Origin: Adineta vaga
Taxonomy: Eukaryota > Animalia > Rotifera
NCBI GenBank assembly: GCA_021613535.1
Contig: CP075495.1
Coordinates: 1,240,001 to 1,304,000 of the forward strand
Reading direction: 5' to 3'
Length of the DNA: 64,000 nucleotides
The position numbers and the translations under genes were made by a program. Shown piece by piece: positions 35,544-47,945 of this stretch. The notes under the pieces are model-generated. The model worked only from the letters and a program-made list of their open reading frames with translations. It searched no databases and was not told the DNA's origin. How positions within the stretch are numbered: the first letter of the stretch is position 1; every line of letters begins with the position of its first letter.

Positions 35544-37113
35544 AAACAATACTTTCACGTATACATTGAACAGTGAATGCTTTATATATATATATATATA
35601 TATCGTTAATAATTCCTAGGCATATCTATTTACCTTTATTAGAAATTTTCTTTTCTTTTTCTAATTTTTATCTAGCGTCTTGAACGAGCATATGTTAGTA
35701 ATTAAACATCTTATTGAAAATATTTGATTCATGACTTTACGAGAAAAGTCTGAATAAAGCTATTTACTTAGTAATAGTTAATAGAAAAAAGTCATGTCTG
35801 TACTTCTAATGGTGTTATTCTTAATCTAATTATGTTTCATTATTATAAATTAAATATTAACTTAATCTGTACCGATGTTACATTCAACATACTTTCTAAT
35901 AAAATTCTGTTTTCTGCTATGACCTGATCTTAATGAATTAGACAGATTTAAAAACAAAATATATTGCCTAGAAATTCTAGTGAACGACAATTATTCAATG
36001 TGCATATCATATACTATTCACTTGTTGTATGACGATGAATTACAATAAGATTGGTATTATGTATTTCTTGTATATTCAAAACGAATGATTTTTAGAACAA
36101 ATTCCAGATAAACTACTTCATGACAGAAAGACGCAGAAGTTCTCAATAAGATTTCATTATTTTATTCAGAAGATAATTTTATCGAACAACTAAGTTGATT
36201 AAAATTTTCCATTATAAAACGATGATTTAATTATAAGGCATAAGATAGGATTTTTCTGACAGCAAATTTCGTAAATTATCGCACTATGACCGTACTTGTT
36301 TTGAAAAATAAATTGCTTTTTTCTTTTCCTGAACACGTAATTAAAATTAATCTGGCTGTGAGGCATTATATACTGTCTTTTATAAGTATATATTTTTACT
36401 TCTTCTTGAGAATATCTCAGTCTATATCATCAATACTCATCGGTATGTAAAGTATCTCGTTCGTTGGTACAGAAAATTTCTTCATAGTTTATCTTTTATG
36501 TTCTTGAAAATGCATGAATTTTAGGCAAAATTGAATCATCTTTTCTTCTGTAAATAAATATCGCTCTATCCTATAATTTAAAACGATGTTTTATTCAAAA
36601 TCAAAACAGACACTAGAAGTATTCTAGCAGTATACTAAACTTTAAGATAGTGATGAAAGTCATTTGAACATAATTATTACTACATGAGATAAACCTAAAG
36701 AAAACATTCTAATTAGTTACAACTTTTGTGAAAATAACTTCTAACAATCGTTTTATAAATAAATCATCTCTTCCTTCCCAGTTGGGATAGTAACATCATG
36801 TTCATAACAAATATTGTTAACTTCTAAGACTATTATGAAATATTCCTAAACCATAGTACGATTTCCACTTTTCAAAAATCTCTCACATCTCTAACATAAA
36901 ACTCCGACATTAGACTCATGCTTTGACTAGAATCGTATAACAAGTTCTTTCATGATGCTATGAAGTGATAAAAAGAATCATTATTCAATTGACATCATTT
37001 AAGAGAACAGTCATTAAAAATGAACTTTTAGATCATCATTAATATTATTTACAGACTAAGTTGAGTCTAATCAAATTGTTATTCAGAATTTATCAACTTA
37101 TTTTCTTTAGATT

Positions 37114-38094
37114 ATGAATCTTAGTGACGAAAATCTAACTGAATTAATCAATGACATTGATAGTGAATTTTCACGTTTATTAAAATTATGCATTTTGGTT
37201 CCAATAAATCTTCTATCAATTCCATTAACTTTCTATACTACTATTTATCTATATAAACGAAGAGTTGAACAACGAACTTTATCAGATATAATATTAATTA
37301 TTTTATTATTAGTTAGTTTTATTGATATTCTAATTAATCAATCAGGAGTAATGATTTATTTTCGTTTATCATTTATTTGGCCACAAAATTCTATGTATTG
37401 TATTGTTTGGAATTATTTTAATTATTTAGATTATTATTTAAATTTATATTTAACAGTTTGGGCATCAATTGAAAGACATATTCTTATATTTCATCACACA
37501 TTCTTCGATCGAAATATAAAAAAATTCTATTTTCATAAACTTCCATTGATAATTATTATTTGTTATGGAATATTGATTTATTTAGTTTTAATTATTTTCA
37601 ATCCTTGTATAAATCATTTTCAAATGAATCAACCATGGTGTGGAAGTATATGTTTTACACAAAAAACCATTACATATCTTTATGATTGGTTTATTAATTC
37701 AGTTTTTCCAATTTGTTTAATTATAATATTAAATATAACATTAATTATTCGTGTTATTAAAAGAAAAAATCATATTCAAACAAATCAATTAATATGGAAA
37801 CGATGTCGAAAATTAACAATTCAAATGATAACTATTTCAAGTATTTATTTAATCTGTTTTTTACCATCGGGAATTATTACAATATTACGAAGTCTATTAG
37901 CAGATAGCAAATTTGGAGAACAAGCAATGCAAACATGTTTTAGATATACTTTTCTATTGGCTAATGCACTTTTACCATATGTAACTCTTAGTTCATTACC
38001 AGAACTTAGAAAAAAAATCAAACTATTTATACGACAATCGAAACAATTTAGAGTATTCAAAATTAGACCGATAGTCACGAATATTTGTGATTAA
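37114..38094 (+). CDS. Orphan class A GPCR, intronless
   Basis: Seven TM segments, LTVWASIERH, WCGSIC and CFLP motifs. Confidence 0.85.
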   Translation: MNLSDENLTELINDIDSEFSRLLKLCILVPINLLSIPLTFYTTIYLYKRRVEQRTLSDIILIILLLVSFIDILINQSGVMIYFRLSFIWPQNSMYCIVWNYFNYLDYYLNLYLTVWASIERHILIFHHTFFDRNIKKFYFHKLPLIIIICYGILIYLVLIIFNPCINHFQMNQPWCGSICFTQKTITYLYDWFINSVFPICLIIILNITLIIRVIKRKNHIQTNQLIWKRCRKLTIQMITISSIYLICFLPSGIITILRSLLADSKFGEQAMQTCFRYTFLLANALLPYVTLSSLPELRKKIKLFIRQSKQFRVFKIRPIVTNICD

Positions 38095-38441
38095 TAGAAG
38101 TGTGTATTTCAAATAAAAATACTAGAAAAGAGAAAAATAATAAGATATTGGGCTAGGAAGTAATCTGCATTTTATTAGGCTTCAATTAACATCAAATATT
38201 TAGTTTGAATGAAAGTAAACTGGTAGAACAATGATAATTGATCAAAGTTTTATTTATTATTCTTTTAAAATCTTCATTTTAGTTGTTAATTTTTATATCT
38301 TTTCTTTCTCTTAACAAACAAAAATCATTACCGCTAATTTACATCAATAAAAGCTCTGTTAAATATCATTTTAATTTCTAATTTAAAGACAAAATAATAA
38401 ACAAAATAATAAATAATTGAATACAATAAAACTCGTATCTA

Positions 38442-39588
38442 TTAAACATGCATTGAACATTTGATGTCAATATGAACTTGTAAATTTTGTCGATGAACAC
38501 TTTGATGACAAAACTTACATTCAACATAAGGTGTTGGTTTGATCAATTCAACATTTGAAATTCCCTTCCATTTTTTCGTAAATGGTTCATTTATTGAAGG
38601 ATTGATTGTTTTTAATATCTTTTCATTCGAAGGTTCTTTAACTTTAAGAAATTGTCCATTACAACAACGTTGATGTTCAACTAAATTTATAAATAAAAAT
38701 GTAGAAATAAGGAAAAAGAAAAAGAGATACGAACTAACCAAACCAATAATCTTTCTTTGATGGTATTCGATTCAAAGAACGTTTAACATAACCAAAGAAA
38801 GGTTTCCAATTTTGACAAATACCTGTACATCGCCACCAATGTTGTCGAATTGAATCAATTTTATCTAAAAATTGATGATAAATCTAAAGATAAGAAATAG
38901 ATCACTATTTAAAACTTAAACAATTGAAATTACTGTAATATTCATTCCACTGCTTTGATTAATTCGTATCATATGTGTTAGAAATTCTTCATCGTGAGCA
39001 TACCGATCCTAAAAACTGAAAATTGTTTCGATTTCTAATGATAATATAACCTATACAACTTTTCGTTGGTTTGTAATGAATAAATAAGCATGAATCATTT
39101 CATGCTAAAAGAATCAAATCAAAAAATGAAATGAAATAAAAATTTTAAAAAAAACAAAATAACAAACAAGTAAAATTTCAATTAGATCATTTCGTGATCT
39201 TGATATTAATAAAGGTTCACTAAGAACAATTCGACACATAGGTTCACTTGTTGCATAAAGACAAATACTAGGAGAACTATAAAAGAAATGATGAATCAAT
39301 TTTGAATATTGATTTTGCTATTTACTTAATCATTTGTTTATCCCATTGAATAACAGCAGATGAAAGATTTCCATAAAAATATTCTGAATTAAATTTATTA
39401 AATAAATCTTGAATATTCAATGTCGAATCAATTTGATTTTCAATAATAGATGAATTTTTATTGAATTCTTCATGTAATTTCAATGCAAAGTAATAACTTT
39501 CACTTTCATAATCAATGAATTTCTTTTCACGACATTTTTCATTTTCAACAACAAGTTCTTTATCACCAGCAATTGTTTCGAAATACAT
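38442..39588 (-). CDS. SPRTN: SprT-like DNA-protein crosslink protease (Spartan), multi-exon
   Basis: LFNKFNSEYF..WDKQM, IVLSEPLL..RSRNDLIEILLHEMIHAY (HExxH), HWWRCTG.C..PFFGYVKRS, and a C-terminal UBZ-like CKFC..H...C. Confidence 0.85.
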
Positions 39589-39678
39589 CTAAAACCAAAT
39601 GATGTTGTTTTTCTTTCTCGTTTAGATAATCATTATTCTATTTTATGATTTGTTTTTATTGTACTAGATGAAATTCTT

Positions 39679-40344
39679 TTACTGATGATAAAATTGTTCA
39701 CTGTATAAAACAAATGTTGATGCTCGATTATCTTCGGAATGAGATGTAATCGATGGAATATTAGATACGGAATTATCTTCAAGTAATTCATGTTTTACAT
39801 AACGATCAATATGAGAATTAATCAGTGTTAGAAGTTCTTCAAGACGAGATAATTCATCTGGATGAACATAATCACGATGTATATGTGGTGATGAAAGTAA
39901 CATATTGGATTTGAATTTCTCTAGAGTAGCTGTTTTAAAATGTTTCATTTCAGCAATTAATTCTACACAAGCACTATCAATTTCCATCATCTTATCCGAT
40001 GCTGCACGTTCAATTGATGCAATAGTTCGACCTAAAAAGATATTCTTTCAAAAGAAAAATTTCAATTTAAATAAATTAGATTTACGTTTCCATGCTTCGA
40101 CAAATTGTTGAGCACGTTGTTTTGTTCCTTCAGCAGACATCATTTCAAGTCGTGCACGAGTTTGATTAGCTCGATCAATAAGAATATCAAAATGTGGTTC
40201 AATTTCAATTCGATGGTGTTCACTTAAATGTTCTAAACAAACTTTCTGTTGACATGCTGGACATCGACCATAAGCAATACGATGACAATCTCTTAAATAT
40301 TCTTTCTCATCAACAACATGATGGTGACATCCATCTAAAGACAT
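39679..40344 (-). CDS. B-box-like zinc finger plus coiled-coil protein, 2 exons
   Basis: CHR...RCPACQQKVCLEHLSEH motif. Intron 40032-40085 keeps the frame. Confidence 0.65.
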
Positions 40345-40486
40345 TAATCTAAAAATGAAATTTCTTTCTTACTGTGTACTCATAAGATTATACATAGATG
40401 TATCATTTATATTACAAACCATGATCATGAATGTCTTAATGGTACTAATTCTTTTCATTTCACAGAACGAATCAGGTATGCTCATT

Positions 40487-40754
40487 CCCAGGTCGACCAA
40501 TCCGACACTCGGATTCCTGGTGACGGAATCATTTCGGATTCTGTCGGTTGCGGATCCTATCGAATCTAACACAGAATCCTATAGTTTTCAAAAAACGGAT
40601 TTCGACGGATCCAACAGGTAGCCATAAGACCGTAATAAAATATAGCTAAAAAGAACGCTCATAAAATATGCGGCTTTCGATGGAAATTTGACTGATGGAA
40701 TCCGATAAGATTTTGTAGGAACGTTGGATCCAATATCGGATTCGTCGATCTGGG
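40487..40754. mobile_element. MITE with CCCAG termini (CACTA/EnSpm-like) and 2-bp TT target-site duplication
   Basis: Left end cccaggtcgaccaatccga versus right-end reverse complement cccagatcgacgaatccga. TT flanks both sides. Many internal GGATTC/GAATCC subterminal repeats. Confidence 0.8.
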
Positions 40755-41238
40755 TTGCTCAAATGTAAATAAATTCTGTTCTTTTTTGTTTTCCGAATTA
40801 ATATATGTATATTATGCATTAGAAAAAGACTTTTTACAGACAAAACGTGACTGATATTAGGTTTTGATTAAACAACATGTAAAAGCAGGTAAATCGAATC
40901 TATAATTGACTAAAAAAAAGAAGCAATATGGCGCTTGTTTCTCGTGTAAACTACGAAAAATTTCTATCTCTGACTTTCTTAGGTCAATAAAATCCAATCA
41001 AAAAGAGAAGAAAAAAAACGAAAGAGAAAATTAACAGTAAAATTATATACAAATTCTATGTGCATTTTTAGTGAATAAAGCTTGAATTTATACATGAATG
41101 ACAAGAAAAAAGGTGTCACAGGGGAAAAATAACTACAAGATATTTTATCGCGACTAAATTAATACAAAAAAAAGAAGAACAAGAAGACGAAGAAGAAGTT
41201 GCATGTTACTGTTTGCAATTGCCGAAAAGTACTTGCTT

Positions 41239-42192
41239 TTATTGACTAACAACCTAAAGAAGAAAAAAAAATGTAGATATAAATATAAATAAATCAATTT
41301 TAACAAACCATATTTGATTGTTCATTGTATTCATGTAAATCTAATTGAACAAAATCATCCTGAAGAATATTACTCGGAATTATTTCAATATCATCATCAA
41401 TATCTTTATCTTCGATGGTTGTTGTTTGTGTAGCATTTGAATTATAATCTTTTTCTTTTGCAATATCTACTGGTATTGTTCGTTGTTTTGTATTTGTAGA
41501 AGGATTTGCTCGAGCTATCGAACAAAGTTTTTGAACAACATCAATCTAACAAAAGAAATCATAAAGGAAATTAGATGACGAGATAAAGAAACGAAATTAC
41601 TTGATGTGGAATTCGAATTTTTGCTAAAACATGATGAGAATGAATTAATTGTCGATCAGCACATGATTCACATAAATCATAGTCGAAACATTCAAGACAT
41701 TTATAACGAATACCAATAATTGGTGAACGATTACAACCTATGCATATTTTAAAATTTACAGAATCAAAAATAAACTGATCATCTACTCACCATCACAAAT
41801 AACACCAACATGTTTGGGTGGAAGATATTTTAATGGAGCACCACCTTCTTTTGTAAATTTAACAAAAACACGAAGAATTTGTTGACGTGATGCTTGATCA
41901 CGTGCAGCTTCATTTATACCACCAGATGTCGTAACTACTACAAGACCATGAACATCATCTAAATCGAAAATGTTTTATAATTGATTCAATTGATTATGAA
42001 CATTATCTTACCTTCATATTGAAATTCCACATCAGTACCATTGGAATCAGATGTTAATTCCGGAAATAATTGAGAAAGTTTAGCACGTAAAATAGATAAA
42101 ACATCGGTTGAACGTGTTAGAACAGGTATTGCTATTCGACGATATTCAGTTGTTCCATCTAATTTTCCGACACATAATTTAACTTCAACCAT
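41239..42192 (-). CDS. Sequestosome-1/p62-like protein (PB1 + ZZ + LIR, no UBA), 5 exons
   Basis: PB1 (VEVK..EYRRI..FQYEDD), ZZ (HVGVICDGC..IIGIRYKCLECFDYDLCESC), and acidic DDFVQL near the C-terminus. Confidence 0.75.
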
Positions 42193-42335
42193 TGTTTAGA
42201 TTTATTATCTAAAAAGAAAAAAAAATAAACACCGAGACTCAGACTCATTTTTTTCATTAATTAAAAAAAAAGAAAAGAAAAATGCTATTAGTTAATAACA
42301 AATAAATACAAGGAGGAGAGAAAAAAAAACGAATA

Positions 42336-44015
42336 TTAAGTAGATACAAAAAGAGACGATGGTGGTGATTGAAGAGACTGACAAGATGATGAGCCAACAC
42401 GTGCTGTACCATCTTCATCATACATTAAACATAAATAACCTAGAAGAGAAAAACAAAAAAGAATGAATACAAAAACAAATTATAAAAATCTTTTCGACAA
42501 ACAAACCATTTGAATTTGTCACTGTTTTAGCATTGCTTTCCATAACATTTTTGACAATTTCTGTTGCATCAATTCTTGTCGAATGTAATCGTCGTTGAAT
42601 ATCTCCAAATTGATCAATAAATGGAGTCTAAATAGAATGAATATTTTTATCTACAAAAAATTCATATTATCCATACTCGTCGTTTATGATTAACGCGCCG
42701 TTGTGATTGTTGACTACTCTCTTCATCACTACCTTGCCTAGAAAAGAACAAAGAATTTTATGATTCAATATAAAACGTTCTTCTTTTTTGAAATTCTTTT
42801 AGTAAAGCATTACGAAGACCAAGAAGAAAGCAAGGATTGAATTTGTTGTCTACCTGACTTTAGCAAACATATTCGGATCCGAATGGGAATTGTGGATAAG
42901 ATGCGACTTATACAAAGCAAGTCTAGTTAATATGATCGGTAAGTTTGTTTGTTCTTTTTTTTACTTTTTTTCCTTCAATAAAATACTTACTTCATATAAT
43001 TTTTATCTTGAGGAATTGAATTATTTGTACTATTGATACTATTGGTTGAATAATTGGAACACATACTACTTTTACTCGCTTGCCGAGAATGGCCACGAAT
43101 AGGATTTGCAATCATAGGAGGATAAAGTTCACCAACTGATGCACTAATAGTTGATGAACCATCATCTAAATAGAATTTTATTTCGATTGCAAAAGAAAAA
43201 ACAAATAAACACAATGAAAACAAACCGGAACACGGATCATAAATAATCTTTGTTGGTACAGCAGGTTCAACTTTAATATACGGATGATCATTATTTGGTC
43301 TAAAAATAAAGGATAATTATTTAATTTCGAATAAAATAACTAAATTAAATCAAACCTTCGAAAGATTTGATCTCCTTCGATAATTGTTAATTTCATCCGT
43401 ATTTGAAGATATGCATTAGCTGGACTACTATTCGTTTGTTGATAACCATTCAATAAACATGATTTTGATTCATCTCCGCTGCCAGCCACTGATGCTAAAT
43501 CTAGATCATAAAAGCCAATTTTTTCGTAGGCACGACCACCACGCCCTTCCTAAAGTAAAAATATGTAGAAATTTGTTTTTTATTTGTTTTTACATACTTT
43601 TCGAATAGAAATTCGACAGAGACAGTGATCCAAAGTAAAATTATCCACTCGAGATGTCATTTTAACGGAAAAACGATCACTTAAATTCATTTCCACTTTA
43701 TTTTCATGAACTTCGAAGCGTCTAGAGCAAGAAATTATTAATAAAAAAGTGAAAAAAAAAAGAATTTTCAAATGACGCTTACTCATGACATGTATAAACA
43801 TGATTTCCGCCATTGAGTAAACGAATTTTAAAGAAAAATTTTCCACATGCATACGGAAGTGAAAGAACACGTTCGACTTTTAAATCAACATCGAATGTAT
43901 GTCGACGTTTACGATTAAAAGTCGATAATATGCTACTCGTGCTTTTAGTAGTTACAGTTTCATGTGATTTGTTCATGTCAATCTGATCAATTTGATTTGT
44001 TTTTGGGCTCATCAT
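42336..44015 (-). CDS. FAM102/EEIG1 family NT-C2 domain protein, multi-exon
   Basis: [58 protein letters not shown] and STRIDATEIV motifs. Confidence 0.85.
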
Positions 44016-44634
44016 TACAAAAGAATCTTAAGAAGCAGAGAAAAGGAAAAAAATTTAAAGTTGTTTTTCTTTTTTCTATATCAAAATTCTTTTCTACGTT
44101 ATTTTTATCAAACGAAACACTTACCCGATTTCTTCACCTTTTTTCTCTTTTTTTCATTCATCAAATAGACACATACACGACCAAAGTGTTAAGTAATATG
44201 ACATCATTGCTTAGAAGCATATCAACAATAAATAAACATGTTTTCGATTACTAAATCAAATAAGAATAGACGAAAAAAAATAGCTATTATTATTGGCAAA
44301 GAATTCTATCAAGTATAAAAGCATTACATTAACGGTTTTTTTTAGAAAACGAATAGAATTCGATATTATTTCTTAATTATTCATTAAATGTGACAATAAC
44401 AAAATAAACAAGGTTTTACTTTACTCATAGATTCAGAATGATTAATTACACTAAAAATGACCAATCAGATTTCATCAAAAATAATTTTCATAAATAAATA
44501 CAAAGAAAACTCTTTGTTTTTGAGTTATAAATAGAAATAATTTTTTCAGTACATATTTTTTATTTTATTAGAATATTTATTTCAGATCGGTTATTAACGA
44601 CATCTATCGACATGAGCTGCCTAATTCTTCACTT

Positions 44635-44723
44635 ATGAGTAACAAAATCTAAATCTTTATCCATGAAAAATACTGACTAGAAGTACTTTTTGAAAATCAT
44701 CATTTATATTCGAAGGCGAATTA
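44635..44723 (+). repeat. ~90 bp dispersed repeat, copy 2
   Basis: Matches the reverse complement of 35060-35151. Confidence 0.85.
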
Positions 44724-44847
44724 AACAGCTACACCCTTCATTGTATGAAAATTTATTTTTACTAGAAACAAAAAAAAACTGATCTAAGCAAAATCTTTTC
44801 TACTAATACACACACACACACACACACAAAAGAAGAAAAGAAAATTG

Positions 44848-46781
44848 TTAACGAGAAAAAAATTCTAAATCACCGATAATTAAATCAATGATTTGATCGA
44901 AAGACATATTTGATTGATTATTATTATTATTGATAACAAAAAATTGCTTTTGATGAATTAATGAAGTTATATTAAACAAAACATATTGTTCAGGACGAAT
45001 TTTCGTTGACCAATATTCACTAATATCTAAATTACTTGCTCGTCGACTTAAATATAAATCACACATATGATCTGTTAAATTCTAAATTAAAAATCAAAAT
45101 TAACTAATCAAATAGAATTTAAATTTCATACTGAAATTGTTGGTGTAGAAATGTGAATAAACATCAATGGCCATTTCACTAGATTCATATCAGCAACAGT
45201 TACTTTTAATAGAACTTTACTTGATGTTGATCGTTCTGTTCGTAATGAATTTTCCAAACTCATACATGCACGACGATTCCATCCGCATTTATCATTTTGT
45301 GAAAATGGTAAAACCTTTTATTGAAAAAGCAAATTCCATAGAAAAAGATTGAAAGTTCTTTTTTTCCCTAAATAAACAAACAAACAAACTTGTGTAAGTG
45401 AACAGGCAAGTGCTTGAGCTGGTCGATCTGTAAATTGACTACTCAATGGTTGAATAAAATTCACATTTAATTCACCAATTTCACCACTATCAATAAATAT
45501 TAATTGAGCTTTTTCATTTCCAACAAGTCGAATAATTCTTCCACGATACCAATTCGTATCATTTGGTGATTTTGCAACACAAAAATCACCTGATTGAGGA
45601 AAATAACTTTTATTCATATCAATACTATTGTAATACAAACTAATCATGAAAAAAAACAATTATCCGCTAATTTTCATGAAGAGAAAAACAAAATTACTTG
45701 AGATTTTGATGCATTTCATCGTACGATTCCGTTTGATTAGAAATTCGAAGAAAGAAATAAGTTGGATTATAATATTTCGATAGTTCACCTTCGAAATCAA
45801 CGCCACTTTGAAAACGTTGATAAGTAATAGTGACAGGAACATTGTATTCAACTAGAAACGAAAGTTTTCTTCGTCGAAATTGATCAGAATCTTATATTTA
45901 CTTGGTCGAATTGGAATTTGAGTCGGAGGATAATAGTTATTCTCACGATTTGTTGTTGTTGGTTTTGTTCCATTAAATGTTCCTCGTCGATAATGTTGTT
46001 GTTGTTGTTGATGATGATGACTAGATGATGATGTTATTCCATTCGAAGGATTTTGTTCGATTTTCGGAATTGGTCGAATTAAATGAGTGTTATTTAGATT
46101 TGATGGATATGTTGGAGGAGATGGATTTTTATTTACATGTTGAGAAACTGTCGATGGTGATGAACAATTACTTATCGATGGAAATATTGGAGAAGGATTA
46201 TCCAAATGTAAATCATCAGTTAATTGATACTAAAATATAAAGGAAAATACAATTCATTATGCACGAAAAATTGACATTATCGAAAATATTACGTGAGCTT
46301 TGACAGCATTGATTGTTTCTTTAACTGTTTGAACTTCTTTACCAATTTCCACTTGAATATCTACAATTATAGATGAAATAAAAACGATTCATTTTTTCAT
46401 TAGAGATAAATAATCAAATGATTTTTTACGTTGAAGTAATTGTGCCCATTGTTGAAGAGAAGTATGAATAGATTCTAATGTAATTAAACCAACGACTTGT
46501 TGTTTCGATACTTTCGTTTGATATTGAAATGAATTCTCCATTTGTCGTGAAATCATTTGACCTTTGATAACATTATTATTTGTTGAAATGAATGAATCAG
46601 ATGATAAATCCAAATATTCATGAATTTGTTCATCAAATATTTGAATTAAATATTCACAATGATTTTTATCATCAATACCAAACGTTGATTTTATTTGATT
46701 TTCAAGTAAATCCACTTCAATTGGATGTCTTAAATCAAATTTTCGTCGTTGTCGACCAAATTCAATAACTAACGTTAACAT
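44848..46781 (-). CDS. Tudor domain-containing protein, multi-exon
   Basis: PQSGDFCVAKSPNDTNWYRGRI..FIDSGE..PAQALACSL extended Tudor motif. Joining of the upstream exons is inferred from splice sites. Confidence 0.7.
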
Positions 46782-47369
46782 TATCTATTCTTCTAATTTC
46801 TTTTCTAACTGATTTGAAATCGTTAGAAAGAACGACAAAAAGATTTGAATTTATGCTTATCTACGTTTAATCCAAACTGACCAACACGATATCATTTATT
46901 ACTTCTACTAATGACATCTATCAATTAAACAACATAATGTATCTCGGATCAAAAAGAAAAAGATACTATCAATGATCCGATCATAGAGAAGAAAGAAATA
47001 TCATTCGGTATACAATTGATTCACTTTTATGATAACACTTCTAACTTTCCGAGTCCCATCATCATCATCCCGTATCTTTTCGAGATTTTTTCAAAATCAT
47101 TGATTTTCTTGTTGAACAACATCCATTACATCGAAAACATATGAGATAGAAACCATATGGTCACTAAAGAACAATCAGAGAGTCAAAAAACATGAAAACG
47201 AAGATCTGGTTCTAAGAGAGAAGGATAATTTCAATGAACTAATGACTCTGTCTATCTCTCTCTCTCTCTGTGTTTGTTTCGACGTCCGACGTCATCGGTC
47301 AATCAATTTCTTTTCTCATTGAATATTCTTGTTAACACAAAGAGAGAGTGATCGGGCAAACGGTCATTT

Positions 47370-47512
47370 ATGAGTCATGACCAATGAATAACAATGACCT
47401 TGAACTTTGCCAATGAGAATAGTGTCTCTTCTTTCACCTTATATAAATTGATGTGTCTTCCAACATTAAATTACACAATTCAACAAACGGAGAAGAAAAT
47501 AAAAACAGTAAG
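47370..47512 (+). promoter_or_regulatory. Putative Pol II promoter and short first non-coding exon
   Basis: TGAGTCA (~47371), TGACCTTGAACT nuclear-receptor half-sites (~47395), TATATAAA (~47440) and a GTAAGT donor (~47507). No + strand CDS follows. Confidence 0.4.
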
Positions 47513-47523
47513 TTGAAATCTAT

Positions 47524-47606
47524 TCTTATTATGAAGACACTGTTCGTCTTGCCTCGCTAGTGAATCAAATTAAGCGAAGCCTGTCGGCCAGTTCCTTCTA
47601 ATAAGA
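47524..47606 (+). ncRNA. Candidate pri-miRNA hairpin 1
   Basis: Basal stem tcttatta/taataaga plus gaag/cttc. Arm ACTGTTCGTCTTGCCTCGCT pairs with AGCGAAGCCTGTCGGCCAGT. Confidence 0.55.
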
Positions 47607-47656
47607 TCTTTTGAATGTTTTCATCGATCAATTTCATTATTTCAATTGGGAAAATT

Positions 47657-47757
47657 GCGATTACACTGTTCACACACCTCGCGCAGTGATAAACTCTTTG
47701 TCTTATTTTAGACAAAGAGGCGACAAGTCCGCCAGATTGTGCGAACAGTCTAATTGC
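47657..47757 (+). ncRNA. Candidate pri-miRNA hairpin 2
   Basis: Basal stem gcgatta/taattgc, arm ACTGTTCACACA pairing with TGTGCGAACAGT, and a 10-bp apical stem ctctttgtct/agacaaagag. Confidence 0.5.
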
Positions 47758-47794
47758 TCATTCCAAATACCATCAGATAAAAAGTAACAAAATC

Positions 47795-47885
47795 AGACAC
47801 AAAGAAAAACTGTTCATCTAGCCTCGCCTGTGTATTTCTAATCTATTAAGGCGGGAGCAGGTTGTGACAGTCATTATATGTGTCT
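47795..47885 (+). ncRNA. Candidate pri-miRNA hairpin 3
   Basis: Basal stem agacaca/tgtgtct. Arm ACTGTTCATCTAGCCTCGCCT pairs with AGGCGGGAGCAGGTTGTGACAGT using several G-U pairs on the + strand. Confidence 0.55.
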
Positions 47886-47945
47886 ATGAACGTCGAAAAC
47901 AATGTCTTTATTTGTTTAAAAAACGAATGTAGCAAATTTTTAGAT

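Noticed and set aside
39589-39682. B-box-SPRTN fusion by cis-splicing
   Set aside because: The available GT-AG pair puts SPRTN out of frame.
40355-40843. ORFs overlapping the MITE
   Set aside because: They arise from the GC-richer repeat sequence and have no transposase motifs.
44808-44828. (CA)n, and similar (TA)n at ~35583 and (CT)n at ~47256
   Set aside because: Ordinary short microsatellites.
47524-47885. Hairpin cluster as HDV-like ribozymes (CCTCGC resembles the HDV L3 loop) or as a CRISPR-like array
   Set aside because: The P1/P3 pseudoknot pairings cannot be formed. The units are imperfect long hairpins, not identical repeats with spacers, and the context is eukaryotic with no cas genes.
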